A model generated the notes under the pieces. The model was not told where the DNA came from, made no database searches, and was given only the letters and a program-made list of their open reading frames with translations. DNA of 64,000 nt, from positions 20,384 to 84,383 of IMG/VR virus record IMGVR_UViG_3300045282_000112, one strand, 5' to 3'. A program made the position numbers and the translations under genes. Positions 9,566 through 19,172 of the stretch are shown in pieces. Source of the stretch: a virus. Every line of letters starts with the position of its first letter. Within the stretch, counting starts at the first letter, position 1.

Positions 9566-11179
9566 TTATATTCCGGTCACCAAGCTCATGCCGTGCTCGG
9601 TCAACGCCACCATCTGCTGCGGCGCGAACATCGGGTGGGTGATCCCATTGAAGCGCATCAGGTCGACATCCCTGCCCGCCGCGTTGCGGCCGTAGACAGA
9701 GGCGGCGATGGCCGCGAGGGGCTTGCCCGCCCAGCTCGTGGGCAGCCGCACCGAACCGTTGCCGCCCGCTGAATAGTGGGCGACGAAGTCGGGCACGGTC
9801 CTGCGCAGCTTGCGCAAGTTATCCTGCAAGTCAGTGTCCGATGGCAGCAGCGCAATCTCCTCGTCGAGCTGTTCGAGCAGCCGCCTACGCGTCAGCGATG
9901 CGTCGGGCTGTCGCGCGGGCGCGACATCGATGCCTGCCCGGATCGAGTAAGCGAGAGCCAAGCGGCGCGTCAGCGAGCACACCGTCTCGGCGAGAGCCAG
10001 TTCAGCCTTCACCGACGCCGTCGATAGCTGGGCGGCGCTGAGCGCGCGCTGGATGCGTGGCTTGATGTTGGTCATCGGGATGAGCGCCATCGCGAGGTCG
10101 GAGGCGTTGCTGGTCGTGCCGGTCTGCAAGGCTGCGAAGCCGTTCACCAGCATGCCGCCGAAGCCCTCGCCCATCTTGCCCTGCGCTGGCAGCACCTCGC
10201 CAGTCGAGGCGCGGACGGCGACACCACGCAGCGCCTCCGAATAGGCCGACAGGCCGGATGCCTGTTGTGCCTGCACGGCAGCGGTCTTGGTCATGGTGTT
10301 GGCTGCCGTGCGCTGCACAGTGGCGAAAGCGGAAGCGTTGTCGATGAAGCGTTGCGAGATGAACTTCACAATCGCGCCCGCCTTCTCGTTGAGGCGCACC
10401 GCTCCTGCCGCCTTGAGCAGGTTCTGCCCAATGCCGCGAATGTAATTGGCGGCGGTGGTGCGCGCGACCGATGGCTGCGTGCCGGTGAACACCTCATTGA
10501 AGCGTGCGAGCGCACTGCTTACGACATTGCCCGAGGCGCGGTGCACCGAGTAGGCCAATTGCAGGGGCGACGGATGGTTGCCCGCCGTCGGAACAGAGCC
10601 TGCTTCACCACGTGGCTCGACCGAGAACGACATGGAAAAGTCGATGCGGCCCATACGCTCGGCATGGAAGCTGCTTTCAACCGTCTGGCACACGGCCCAC
10701 ATCGGCACGCGCATCGGCAAGTAGAGCAGGCCCGCGCCGGTCACGTTGGTATTCTTCAGTGGATCGGTGCACGCGGCAAACAACAGCTCGGCCCACAGGT
10801 CGCACTGATCACCAAAGACGTAGCCCTCTATCTGTATCTGTTGGCGCAGCCTTCCCAAGTCTTCATTGTCCCACCACTCTTTACTCGGATATTCATGCAC
10901 ATGGATGCGTCGCCCACCCGAGCGGCTATCGGTATCGACCGCGAACGGCACGTCCTTGAACGATGCCTCCCACTGCACCTTCTGCCAAGGCTGGCAGCCG
11001 ACCGAAGCGTTCCACGGGTCCGACCCCGCCGACGAATGACGAAAGTTGTTCTGCGCGCCGATCTCGTTGCAGACCATGCCGCCCAGCGGCTTGAGCACCT
11101 CGAACGGGTGACGCTGACCGACGCCGCCACCTTGGTTGAGGAACTCCCATCCGGGCTTGGTGATCAGTTCATTGGACAT
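9566..11179 (-). CDS. DNA circularisation protein N-terminal domain protein (Mu gp43/N-like)
   Basis: ASFKDVPFAV...GGRRIHVHEYP...EDLGR; C-terminal NGITHPMFAP. Confidence 0.88.
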   Translation of the reverse strand: MSNELITKPGWEFLNQGGGVGQRHPFEVLKPLGGMVCNEIGAQNNFRHSSAGSDPWNASVGCQPWQKVQWEASFKDVPFAVDTDSRSGGRRIHVHEYPSKEWWDNEDLGRLRQQIQIEGYVFGDQCDLWAELLFAACTDPLKNTNVTGAGLLYLPMRVPMWAVCQTVESSFHAERMGRIDFSMSFSVEPRGEAGSVPTAGNHPSPLQLAYSVHRASGNVVSSALARFNEVFTGTQPSVARTTAANYIRGIGQNLLKAAGAVRLNEKAGAIVKFISQRFIDNASAFATVQRTAANTMTKTAAVQAQQASGLSAYSEALRGVAVRASTGEVLPAQGKMGEGFGGMLVNGFAALQTGTTSNASDLAMALIPMTNIKPRIQRALSAAQLSTASVKAELALAETVCSLTRRLALAYSIRAGIDVAPARQPDASLTRRRLLEQLDEEIALLPSDTDLQDNLRKLRRTVPDFVAHYSAGGNGSVRLPTSWAGKPLAAIAASVYGRNAAGRDVDLMRFNGITHPMFAPQQMVALTEHGMSLVTGI

Positions 11180-11188
11180 CGCGCACCA

Positions 11189-14100
11189 TCATCTGCTCAT
11201 GGCTGGAGGGAAGGCGGGATCGCCGGGGCGTGAGAAGGAACTACCCGTGCGGTCAACATCGACGCCGAGATCAAAGTGGCTGGCGGGCAGCACGCTCGGC
11301 ACCGCCGCCTGCAATTGCTTCGCCAGCTTGACATTGATGTCCACCGCACCGCGCCCGAGTTGCAGCGAATTTGCACCCGCCAGCCCTGCAATCGGATCGC
11401 GCTGCTGATCCACCTGCAGCAAGTCGATTGGCTTGCGTCCGCCTCTTACACTCGCAGCGTTGTCGTCCACTTGCAGCAAGCTGACTGGCTTGCGTATTAC
11501 GGCGCTGCCAGTCCCCATCACAGGCTCACGCGTCAGGCGGTCTTCTGTCAGCGAGTTGTTGCCGCGCGCTCGCGACATCGCCTGTGACTGTGCCTGCAGC
11601 TGCTTTGCCATCGACATGTTGCGGGCAGGCGCGCTGGGAGTGTTGGTTACCGCTGCAAAGCCAGAACCGGACGCAGCCTGCTGCGTGCCAGACAATGCCA
11701 ACCATGCTTCGTCGGGCGACATTCCTGCAGCAAGGTTCTTCTGATACTGCGCGCGCTCCGCTTCCATTGCGCCGCCCATCTTCTGCGCCGATATCGACGC
11801 ACGGTTACCACCCGTGCCACCGTAGACGCTGCGCCCCGTGCGCGGGTCGGCAACCGAAGCGAACTCTTGCGCCGCTGCAAGTTGGGCAGCGCCTAGATTG
11901 CCGCTCTGTCCAGTGATGTAGCTCTTGATCTGTGGACGCTTCTCGTCGATCAAGTAATCACGGAAGATGCGCTCCTGCAATTCTGGCGTCAGCTTTGAAT
12001 TAGGGTCAATACCCATTGATCGCACGGCTTCACGCATCGTGCCGGGGATCACCTGATACTTGCCGACAGCGAACAGACGGTTGGGATCGCCTCTGCGCAG
12101 CGCCTGCCGCTGCATGACCTCACCGATGGTCATCTTTGAGAAGTCGATCTTGCCGCGACTGTCGCCCGCCACACCGCGATTGTAGGAGCCATAGCCCCCT
12201 TCGCCTGACGATATCGTCCTGCCTACCGATCCACCCGCACCTGAAATTCCAGCAGTTGCTGCCGCCGTGTTTTTGAGGAACTCCGAACCGGGCTTGCCAG
12301 CGGGGCCGAAGCCTGTGCCACCACCTGCGCCCGCGCCACCTGACATGCCGACGCCGGTCTGTTGCCAGCCGGGAGCACCAACACCAGCCTTTGCACCGCC
12401 GAGCCCAGTGCCCGCTGCGCCGCCCGGTGCACCGACGCCCGCCGTGCCACCGCTAATCCCGCCCGCGCCGCTGCCGGGAATGCCGTAACCAGAACCGCTG
12501 CCTGAATAGCCGCCACTGCCGAGAGCACCACCCGGTGCACCGACGCCCGCCGTGGCATCGCCACCCATGCCGATGCCGCGCGTGCCACCAAGCGTCATGG
12601 TGGCCAGCCGCAACGCGTCATTGAAATCTTTCGTGGTCTTCGTCGCGTTTTTCACGATGGCGGTGAAATAGGAGAGCTGTGGATCGCCGCCCGTCATGTC
12701 GTCGTGCGTGCCAATGGTGCTCTGTGGGATTTCACCAGCAGGGTAGGACCACTTGCTGCGCGGGATGCCGCCGTGCATGCCGGGGTCGCCTTGACCGCGC
12801 CAGTAGTCACCTGTCTGTTCTGACGTGCTGCCCATCCCGCTGCTGTAGGCGGGCACGTATCCACCTACAGACGGTCGCCGCGACAGCATCAGCAGCTCGT
12901 GCGTGCGTCTGGCACGACCGACCTCTTCCTCCGTCATGCGGTCCATTTCCCTTGGACCCTTGCCCGCGAGGAGCCGTCGCTGATCGAAGCTGACGGCGTC
13001 GGAGGTTCCCTGCTTGAACTTCTGCCACGTGCTCTTGCTGGGCAGATACTCATCCACACGGCCCGCAGGGTCGTCGTCGGAGAATATGTCGTATACCTCC
13101 CAAGCCGCGAACGCCGGTCCCAGCGCTTTGCCCAGTCCCAACGGGAGGCGTGGGCCCCTTGGCACACGCGCGCCGGGGACACGTGGCATGCGCGGGCCGC
13201 CGCCGGGGATACGTAGACCGCCGCCGAGCCCAATAGCACTCCCGATGAGACGCAACGCCCGCACGGCACCCCACGTCCCGATAACAATGGCTCCTAGCGC
13301 AAGACCAAAAGCGGCAAGCCCCTTGTTCGCCTCACTCAGGCTGTCGTAGAAGGGGATGAACTGCGCAGTCATGTCGTTCATGACCTTCAGGAACGCTTCG
13401 CGTCCCTCGTTGAACTGCTTGCCGCCGCGCTCGATAATATCGTCCTGATAGCGCAGGCGACGGTTCTCCTCGACGGCGTCCTTGTTGACATCTCGTGTAG
13501 ATGTCAGTGTTCCCGCCTTCCTTTCCCTATCCGCCTCGGCAACAAGCGCGGACAGCAGCATCTTGTAAGCTGCCTCGGGGCCCTCCCGCTCGAACACGCG
13601 TTCATAGCCCTTCACCGCCCGCTCGCGCGCATGCGGGCCCACGTAGAGCTTATCATTAAGGGCAGCGAGCAGCCTTACCGCAGCAGCCGCGCCGCGCGGC
13701 GTGCGCATCAAATTCAGCGTGCCCATGATATCAACGTCGGGCCCGCCTACATTAGCACCCATCTTGGTTTGCAGATCGATTACCGCCTCGGTGCGCCTGC
13801 GGATAAGCGCCGTGTCGTTGCCCGCACCGCGCGCGGTCGCCGTCATAACGCGGCGCGCATCCCAAGTGCTCGGCAGCCGCATGAACTCGGCGATGTCCTT
13901 CGCCATATCGTCCATCACCTTGGACGAGAGCTTGGTGCTGTCTTTCAGCCGGTCATGCCAGATCGTCATGTTCTTGACTTCGTCGCGGTAAGCCGTCGCC
14001 ATGTTGCCCATGACGATGCCGACAGAGGTGGCGGCGGCGGTAACCCCAGTGACGAAGCTGGCGAACATGGACCCTGCCATGTTCGTCGTCTTCTCGATGT

Positions 14101-14299
14101 CGCGCTGACCCTGCTCGTGCATGCGGTGCTGGTTCTTCTGCCCGCGCACGAACTCCTGCTGCATCTTGTTGGCTTGCGTGGTGTAGCGCTGAAGATCACG
14201 CAAAGCTTCCGCAAAACCCTGACCCGTCCGGTTCTCGGCGGTCAGGATTATGCGGCCTTCAATGGTGGAGGCTGTGCTGGCTGAGAAGGCCGCGTTCAT
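11189..14299 (-). CDS. Tape measure protein with lysozyme-like (transglycosylase) domain
   Basis: Long helical N-terminus after the chaperones; Gly-rich linker; GEGGYGSYNRG...AVGKYQVIPGT...QEFAS muralytic motif. Confidence 0.85.
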   Translation of the reverse strand: MNAAFSASTASTIEGRIILTAENRTGQGFAEALRDLQRYTTQANKMQQEFVRGQKNQHRMHEQGQRDIEKTTNMAGSMFASFVTGVTAAATSVGIVMGNMATAYRDEVKNMTIWHDRLKDSTKLSSKVMDDMAKDIAEFMRLPSTWDARRVMTATARGAGNDTALIRRRTEAVIDLQTKMGANVGGPDVDIMGTLNLMRTPRGAAAAVRLLAALNDKLYVGPHARERAVKGYERVFEREGPEAAYKMLLSALVAEADRERKAGTLTSTRDVNKDAVEENRRLRYQDDIIERGGKQFNEGREAFLKVMNDMTAQFIPFYDSLSEANKGLAAFGLALGAIVIGTWGAVRALRLIGSAIGLGGGLRIPGGGPRMPRVPGARVPRGPRLPLGLGKALGPAFAAWEVYDIFSDDDPAGRVDEYLPSKSTWQKFKQGTSDAVSFDQRRLLAGKGPREMDRMTEEEVGRARRTHELLMLSRRPSVGGYVPAYSSGMGSTSEQTGDYWRGQGDPGMHGGIPRSKWSYPAGEIPQSTIGTHDDMTGGDPQLSYFTAIVKNATKTTKDFNDALRLATMTLGGTRGIGMGGDATAGVGAPGGALGSGGYSGSGSGYGIPGSGAGGISGGTAGVGAPGGAAGTGLGGAKAGVGAPGWQQTGVGMSGGAGAGGGTGFGPAGKPGSEFLKNTAAATAGISGAGGSVGRTISSGEGGYGSYNRGVAGDSRGKIDFSKMTIGEVMQRQALRRGDPNRLFAVGKYQVIPGTMREAVRSMGIDPNSKLTPELQERIFRDYLIDEKRPQIKSYITGQSGNLGAAQLAAAQEFASVADPRTGRSVYGGTGGNRASISAQKMGGAMEAERAQYQKNLAAGMSPDEAWLALSGTQQAASGSGFAAVTNTPSAPARNMSMAKQLQAQSQAMSRARGNNSLTEDRLTREPVMGTGSAVIRKPVSLLQVDDNAASVRGGRKPIDLLQVDQQRDPIAGLAGANSLQLGRGAVDINVKLAKQLQAAVPSVLPASHFDLGVDVDRTGSSFSRPGDPAFPPAMSR

Positions 14300-14502
14300 C
14301 GGAGGGGCCTCGTCACGGCTTGCGCCCGCTGTTGCGTTTGCTCCTGCCGCTTGTTTGCCTTGGCCATTTCACTGCGCCACGCGACGCAGAGGTCATACCA
14401 AAACAATAGTTGGCGGACGGGATAGGTCAGGAGGCGGTTGGGATCATCGCGGCAGACGCCTGCCTCGAACACGAGGCCCGCGATGACCATGGTCAGTTTC
14501 CC
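14296..14502 (-). CDS. Tail assembly chaperone frameshift extension (gpT-like)
   Basis: -1 frame ORF entered at GGGAAAC; reads GKLTMVIAGLVFEAG... Confidence 0.7.
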   Translation of the reverse strand, partial: GKLTMVIAGLVFEAGVCRDDPNRLLTYPVRQLLFWYDLCVAWRSEMAKANKRQEQTQQRAQAVTRPLR

Positions 14503-15011
14503 GCTTGGTTCAGCTCCGTGTTCAGCCATTCAAAAATGCTGCGGATGTCGCGCGCCGGGACACGGTTGAGGGTGCCCAGATCAACGTTGGAGAGCCGCGT
14601 CAGCCATTTCCTGAAGCGGTCGATATCCATCTCGACAGACATGCCGGTCGATGTCCAATTCGTCTTGGTCGGCATGCCACCCACCTCGAACACGTCGAGA
14701 CCCTGCGGTGCGCGCATCTTGATCTGGGTGACGGTGCTGCCGTTGTTGGACTGCACTGGAGCGGAGAGAATGAACAGGCGCTCGGCTTCCCACTTGGGCA
14801 GCGCGTCGAGCGGTGCAGCCAGTGTCGCTTCGGGATCGGGCGGACGCTCAGGCTCAGGCGGCGGCTTGTTGATCTGCGCCTCCATCGCGCGCTGCATGGC
14901 TTGATTGCGCTCAGGAGGCCGAGCATTGACAACTGGCGCTTGGCTCTGCCCATCGCGCCTTGGCACACGGCTGGTATCAGGCTCAGGAGCCTGTGAGAAA
15001 GCTTCGCTCAT
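14493..15011 (-). CDS. Tail assembly chaperone (gpG-like)
   Basis: Between tube and tape measure genes; ends GCG GGA AAC TGA. Confidence 0.8.
   Translation of the reverse strand: MSEAFSQAPEPDTSRVPRRDGQSQAPVVNARPPERNQAMQRAMEAQINKPPPEPERPPDPEATLAAPLDALPKWEAERLFILSAPVQSNNGSTVTQIKMRAPQGLDVFEVGGMPTKTNWTSTGMSVEMDIDRFRKWLTRLSNVDLGTLNRVPARDIRSIFEWLNTELNQAGN
14496..14502 (-). promoter_or_regulatory. -1 ribosomal frameshift slippery heptamer G GGA AAC
   Basis: X XXY YYZ heptamer in frame immediately before the chaperone stop; the -1 frame is open to the tape measure start. Confidence 0.8.
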
Positions 15012-15033
15012 TGAACACCCCTATGTTGAGAGA

Positions 15034-15531
15034 TCAGGCGGTCGGTCCACCTCGACCAAGCGGCCCTGCGTCAGGCGTCGCGATGTCGTCGTATTGCGGG
15101 CAGAAGCGGCCGAGCACCTCGGTGGTTTGCTGCGCCGTGTAATCATCGGTCACCAGCTCGATGCCGCTGATCTCACCTGTGCTGAGGTTGACCTCGGGTG
15201 CGCCCACCACGAGACATTGCGTCAGGCTGTGCGTGAAGCCTCGGCTCTTCTCCACCACCACGATGTCCACCAGACAGCGCGAGCAGTAGAGCCGGATCGG
15301 GTTCTGGTCGCACCTGTTGATGAACGACATGACGACGCGAATGGGCCTCGACGCCTCGGTGACCCAGACGCGACCGGCGGACGAAGCGCCCGCCGTGCGT
15401 TCGATGCGCGCTGGCTGGATACGCACGTCACCCAGCGCTTCGTAATACTCGCTCGTGTTGTCGAAGTTGGCGATGATGTATACTTCACCGCCAATGATTT
15501 CAGAACAGCAAGCTGAAAGATCATTTGCCAT
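15034..15531 (-). CDS. Tail tube protein
   Basis: Directly downstream of the sheath; IIGGEVYI...GAPEVNLSTGEI. Confidence 0.75.
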   Translation of the reverse strand: MANDLSACCSEIIGGEVYIIANFDNTSEYYEALGDVRIQPARIERTAGASSAGRVWVTEASRPIRVVMSFINRCDQNPIRLYCSRCLVDIVVVEKSRGFTHSLTQCLVVGAPEVNLSTGEISGIELVTDDYTAQQTTEVLGRFCPQYDDIATPDAGPLGRGGPTA

Positions 15532-15561
15532 TGGGATAGACCCCTTTCTCGAATGTCAGGA

Positions 15562-17148
15562 TCAAGCGGCTTGCTGCATCAGTGTTGGGTCGGTTGCATC
15601 AAGCTCAAGGTGCGTCTCGACCAGCGCAGCGACGACCCTCAACTGGTTGACGAAGTCAGGCCGCATCAAAGCGTCCACCCTGTTGCGGTCGGTCGGGTTG
15701 CGTTCGCAGACCAGATAGCGAGTGAACAGGTCGGCGTTCTCCACCAAGCCCATTGACGCCATGCGCTTGTATTCGTGGATGATGAGGTTCCTGATCTCGA
15801 TGGGGCTGGTGAAGCCGTTGATGCCCTTCGGCAGCGTGGAGAGCGCCGCGCGCGGGTAGGCACCTGTGATGCGCGCCCGCATCTGGCGCACGAAATACTG
15901 TGCTTGGAACATCGTGATCGCGTCGGCCCAAGAGGGGTCCGGGTCGCCGAACACGTTATATTTGCGGCAGGTTCTCACGCGGTCGATGCGGCAGGTATGG
16001 TTGTCGTCGACCGTGATCGTCGAGCCGCCTTGGTTGAGCAGCGTCTGCTTCTCGATGCGCGTGAAGCTCTCGTCGTCGTCGCTGCCTGCGCAGCAGTTGC
16101 GCAGCTCCAGCGTCTGCAATGGACGTGACAGTTCAGGAGGTGCCGCCCAGTGCGTTGTCGCGAGACCGCCGAGAGCCGATGCCCACAGCCAATATGGGAT
16201 CACCGTATTTTTCACCGTGATGATCGACATGTGTGGGTCTTGCTGCGGGGCAAGGTAGTCGTAGGTCGCCTGCCAAGAGGCGTTGTTGAGGCCAGTGAAG
16301 ACGTGGCCATAGAGTTGCCGGTTAGGTGCCCAGCGACCGGCTGCGTGGTCCATGAAGTCCTCGCATTGGGCGAGGAAGTGGGCGCTCTGGTAGCCCATCA
16401 CGAACACGTCGAATGGCCGGTCCTGTATCGTCGAGAAACAGGCTGTCGGATTGTGCTCACCTGAGCCGTCGCTGGTCTGCTTGGTGATTTGCAGGCAGTG
16501 GCGCGCGATGATGATGTTCTTGGCACTGAGGTCGGCGCGACCGAAGCAGCCGACGTAGCTGACCTTCAGCCAATTGCCGACGGTGCCCGGGTAGCGTGCC
16601 GTGAGCAGCACCGTCTGGTGGCTGGTGTCCTTCGGGTCGATGGTCGCGAGCACACCGATCTCGCGGGCGTTGACCGAGTTACGGATCGACGCTGCGATGG
16701 TCGCGGCAGACCAATTCTTCTGCACGTTGAAGTGCACCGGGACGCCTTCGATGTGGAAGGTGCCAGTGCCGAAGAAGTTTTGGGTGCCGCCCCGGATCAC
16801 GCGCACCTTGGCAGTGGCGCGAAATGCATTGTTGAGCGGGTCTGGGTCGTCGAGCGTCGAGGGAATGGCGATGCCCCAGATTTCCGCGAACGGTGCGTTG
16901 GAGCGGGCGAAGTCATACATGCGCGCCAACATCGAGCCGCGCCCGAACAACTCCTTCGCGAGCGTGCCTGAGAGCAGGTAGGGTTGGTTGGGGACGTGCG
17001 TGCCCTCGCCGTAGCCCGCGCCCTGATTGGCTGAGCCGACAAGGCACATCCTGAGAGCGGGCGACCATGGCTCGGCGGCGGACGTGACCTCCGCATAGAA
17101 CAGCGGCAAAAGCACGTCGGGAGGGATTTGACCAAAGGCGACTGGCAT
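15562..17148 (-). CDS. Contractile tail sheath protein (Mu gpL-like)
   Basis: PLFYAEV, LFGRGSMLARM, RWAPNRQLYGH, SRPLQTL, RNPTDRNRVD...PDFVNQLRV. Confidence 0.95.
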   Translation of the reverse strand: MPVAFGQIPPDVLLPLFYAEVTSAAEPWSPALRMCLVGSANQGAGYGEGTHVPNQPYLLSGTLAKELFGRGSMLARMYDFARSNAPFAEIWGIAIPSTLDDPDPLNNAFRATAKVRVIRGGTQNFFGTGTFHIEGVPVHFNVQKNWSAATIAASIRNSVNAREIGVLATIDPKDTSHQTVLLTARYPGTVGNWLKVSYVGCFGRADLSAKNIIIARHCLQITKQTSDGSGEHNPTACFSTIQDRPFDVFVMGYQSAHFLAQCEDFMDHAAGRWAPNRQLYGHVFTGLNNASWQATYDYLAPQQDPHMSIITVKNTVIPYWLWASALGGLATTHWAAPPELSRPLQTLELRNCCAGSDDDESFTRIEKQTLLNQGGSTITVDDNHTCRIDRVRTCRKYNVFGDPDPSWADAITMFQAQYFVRQMRARITGAYPRAALSTLPKGINGFTSPIEIRNLIIHEYKRMASMGLVENADLFTRYLVCERNPTDRNRVDALMRPDFVNQLRVVAALVETHLELDATDPTLMQQAA

Positions 17149-17182
17149 GGGGGCTTCCTTTCAAAAGCTGGTGTGACGCCGC

Positions 17183-17560
17183 TCAGCGCGAGATCGCGTT
17201 GGGCTCGGGCTCAGGCTCCGGCTGTGGCTCTGGCTCGGGCTCTGGCTCGGGCTCTTCCTGCGGCTCGGGCAATGGGGTGGGCGCATCGGGCTGCATGAGC
17301 ACCAGATCACCGTCGCGCATGCGGCCACTGATCCACAGATCGTCGGCGCGCACTTCAACGGGGCCAGTGATCTCCGACATGTCGGAAGCCATCACCCGCT
17401 TCATGTGCGGTGCGGGTGTCACCCAGATCATCTTGGGTGCGGGCTTGCGGGGGCGCAGGCCAAGCGCCTCCTCGTCCCTGATCCGCTCCTCGTTGCGGTC
17501 GATGACCTTCTGCGTGGCCTCAAATTCTTGATCTGCGACGCTCTTTGTGGGCATGGGCAT
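17183..17560 (-). CDS. DUF2635-like protein with C-terminal Pro-Glu repeat
   Basis: WVTPAP...W..GRMRDGDLV; (PE)n tail. Confidence 0.6.
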   Translation of the reverse strand: MPMPTKSVADQEFEATQKVIDRNEERIRDEEALGLRPRKPAPKMIWVTPAPHMKRVMASDMSEITGPVEVRADDLWISGRMRDGDLVLMQPDAPTPLPEPQEEPEPEPEPEPQPEPEPEPNAISR

Positions 17561-17578
17561 TGGTGTTCCTTTCGAAGT

Positions 17579-17959
17579 TCACTCGGTGGCGACGGTCGCC
17601 GTGATGACGCAGATGTCCGCGCCGCTCTCCTGTGCCGCCATCAACATCCAGTCGGGCACTGGCTCACTCAGCAGCAGCGAGCCGTCGCGTAGGCGGCGGT
17701 GGGCGTAGGTGTCGTCGCGGGGCACCGCCATTCCCGCGACCGGGTAGGGGAGGCCATCGATGTCGAGGATCGTGCGCCCCTCGGCAGGCTTGACCCACAT
17801 GGTCGTCGCCGCAGGCTCGCTCTTCGGTGCCGCACGCATCGCCACGGCGCGGCGCTCGGCTGCCATCTCGCCCAGCGATGCCATCGACAGGCCGCCGGGA
17901 ATGCCCGCCGTCAGTGCGTCGGTCGGCGGGTCCGAGTTGGGATCGACCTCACCCGGCAT
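17579..17959 (-). CDS. DUF2635-like protein
   Basis: MWVKPAEGRTI...VPRDDTYAHRRLRDGSL; likely start MPGEVDP at 17959. Confidence 0.65.
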   Translation of the reverse strand: MPGEVDPNSDPPTDALTAGIPGGLSMASLGEMAAERRAVAMRAAPKSEPAATTMWVKPAEGRTILDIDGLPYPVAGMAVPRDDTYAHRRLRDGSLLLSEPVPDWMLMAAQESGADICVITATVATE

Positions 17960-18785
17960 GGTCGACGGTCGGCGTGCCCGTTTCCGGGGGAACCATAACG
18001 TTCGCAGTCTCAACGAACGGAGCCTCCTGCTCGATGGGCCACATCGCCTCGATCTCAAGGCTCGGGATGGAAGCCCACACGCGTTGCAGCGGCGGGTAGG
18101 TCGGGCGTGGCAGGTAGCCGTGCGCCTCGATGATGGCTGCCAGCTGCTCGATGCTCTTCTTGAAGTCGCCAGTCGCGGTGCAGATCAGGTCGTTGACGAC
18201 GCGCACCCAGCCCTCGGGCAAAACGTCGGGCACGGGATGTGCAAACTCTTTGACCGGGCTCGGCGGGCACTCAGGTGGCAGGTTGACGACGATTGACAGC
18301 GTGCGCACTGCGAGGCGGACTGCACCGCGCTCGGGCGCGGAGAAGCGTGGCACCGATGAGTAGCCGCTGATCGAGCCGTAGTGCCAGCGGTCCTGATACA
18401 GGCTCGCCCAGTAGCCATGGCCACGCAGCGCCGCCCATATCTGCCACTCCAGCAGGTCGAGGAAAGCTTCCAGCGAACTGTCGGTGCGCGGCCAGTCGAT
18501 GCGTGGCTCTTCCTTGCCGTTGATCATCGTGGTGGCGGCAGTGAGCACGCCGAACTCGATCAGCAGCCGCGCCTGCCTGCCGATGATCTGGAAGCGGTTG
18601 AACGCGAGGTTGTCGTCATCGACACGGATGATGATGACCGGGCGTCGCTTCGACGGCACCACATCGACGACGCTGTCGATCATGCTGTCGTAGACAAACT
18701 CGCCCGCCACCGTCGGCCAAGGCGGACCATGCCCGCCATTGATCAGCGTCGCGACCGTTGCCAGTCTGAGCGCCGTCCGTTCCAT
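17949..18785 (-). CDS. Putative tail completion/terminator protein
   Basis: Position upstream of DUF2635/sheath; RLATVATL...VYDS...LDLLEWQI. Confidence 0.5.
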   Translation of the reverse strand: MERTALRLATVATLINGGHGPPWPTVAGEFVYDSMIDSVVDVVPSKRRPVIIIRVDDDNLAFNRFQIIGRQARLLIEFGVLTAATTMINGKEEPRIDWPRTDSSLEAFLDLLEWQIWAALRGHGYWASLYQDRWHYGSISGYSSVPRFSAPERGAVRLAVRTLSIVVNLPPECPPSPVKEFAHPVPDVLPEGWVRVVNDLICTATGDFKKSIEQLAAIIEAHGYLPRPTYPPLQRVWASIPSLEIEAMWPIEQEAPFVETANVMVPPETGTPTVDHAG

Positions 18786-18813
18786 CTATAACCTTCCAGA
18801 ATGTAAAGTTTGC

Positions 18814-18996
18814 TCACCCGTGGATCGGCGCGCCGAACACCTGCCAGCCAAGAATGCCCAGCAGGATGAACAGCAGAATGCTGTGCCCCCACAGGCCGTA
18901 GGAAGTAGGGACATTCGCTGGCCAGCCCCAATTGATGACGAAGCCGAAGATCAACCAGATCAGCATCAGTATCCAAAACAGCAGACCACTGGTCAT
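18814..18996 (-). CDS. Small two-TM membrane protein
   Basis: LLFWILMLIWLIFG...LLFILLGILGWQVFG. Confidence 0.75.
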   Translation of the reverse strand: MTSGLLFWILMLIWLIFGFVINWGWPANVPTSYGLWGHSILLFILLGILGWQVFGAPIHG

Positions 18997-19002
18997 CTGA
19001 GT

Positions 19003-19161
19003 TCAAAGCCTCCCTAGCAGGAGCAAAACAACGACAATGACGAGGATGGCCCCAATGATGCCTGATGGTCCGTAACCCCAGTTGGCGCTGTATCCCCAAG
19101 TCGGCACAGCGCCGATAAGGATCAGGATCAGCAGGATGAGCAGGATTGTTCCAACTGACAT
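19003..19161 (-). CDS. DUF3309-family small membrane protein (52 aa)
   Basis: Hand translation MSVGTILLILLILILIGAVPTWGYSANWGYGPSGIIGAILVIVVVLLLLGRL matches the PxWxxSxxWGYGPSG signature; not in the ORF track. Confidence 0.85.
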   Translation of the reverse strand: MSVGTILLILLILILIGAVPTWGYSANWGYGPSGIIGAILVIVVVLLLLGRL

Positions 19162-19172
19162 GGCATCCCCTT

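Noticed and set aside
12260-12580. Gly-rich AGVGAPG repeats in the tape measure as collagen or a separate element
   Set aside because: No sustained G-X-Y period; it is a flexible linker before the muralytic domain.
5545-17148. PAAR + sheath + tube as a T6SS, tailocin or eCIS
   Set aside because: Capsid, portal, terminase and replication genes show it is a phage tail.
17200-17270. Hexamer tandem repeat as a regulatory or contingency locus
   Set aside because: It simply encodes an in-frame Pro-Glu tail.
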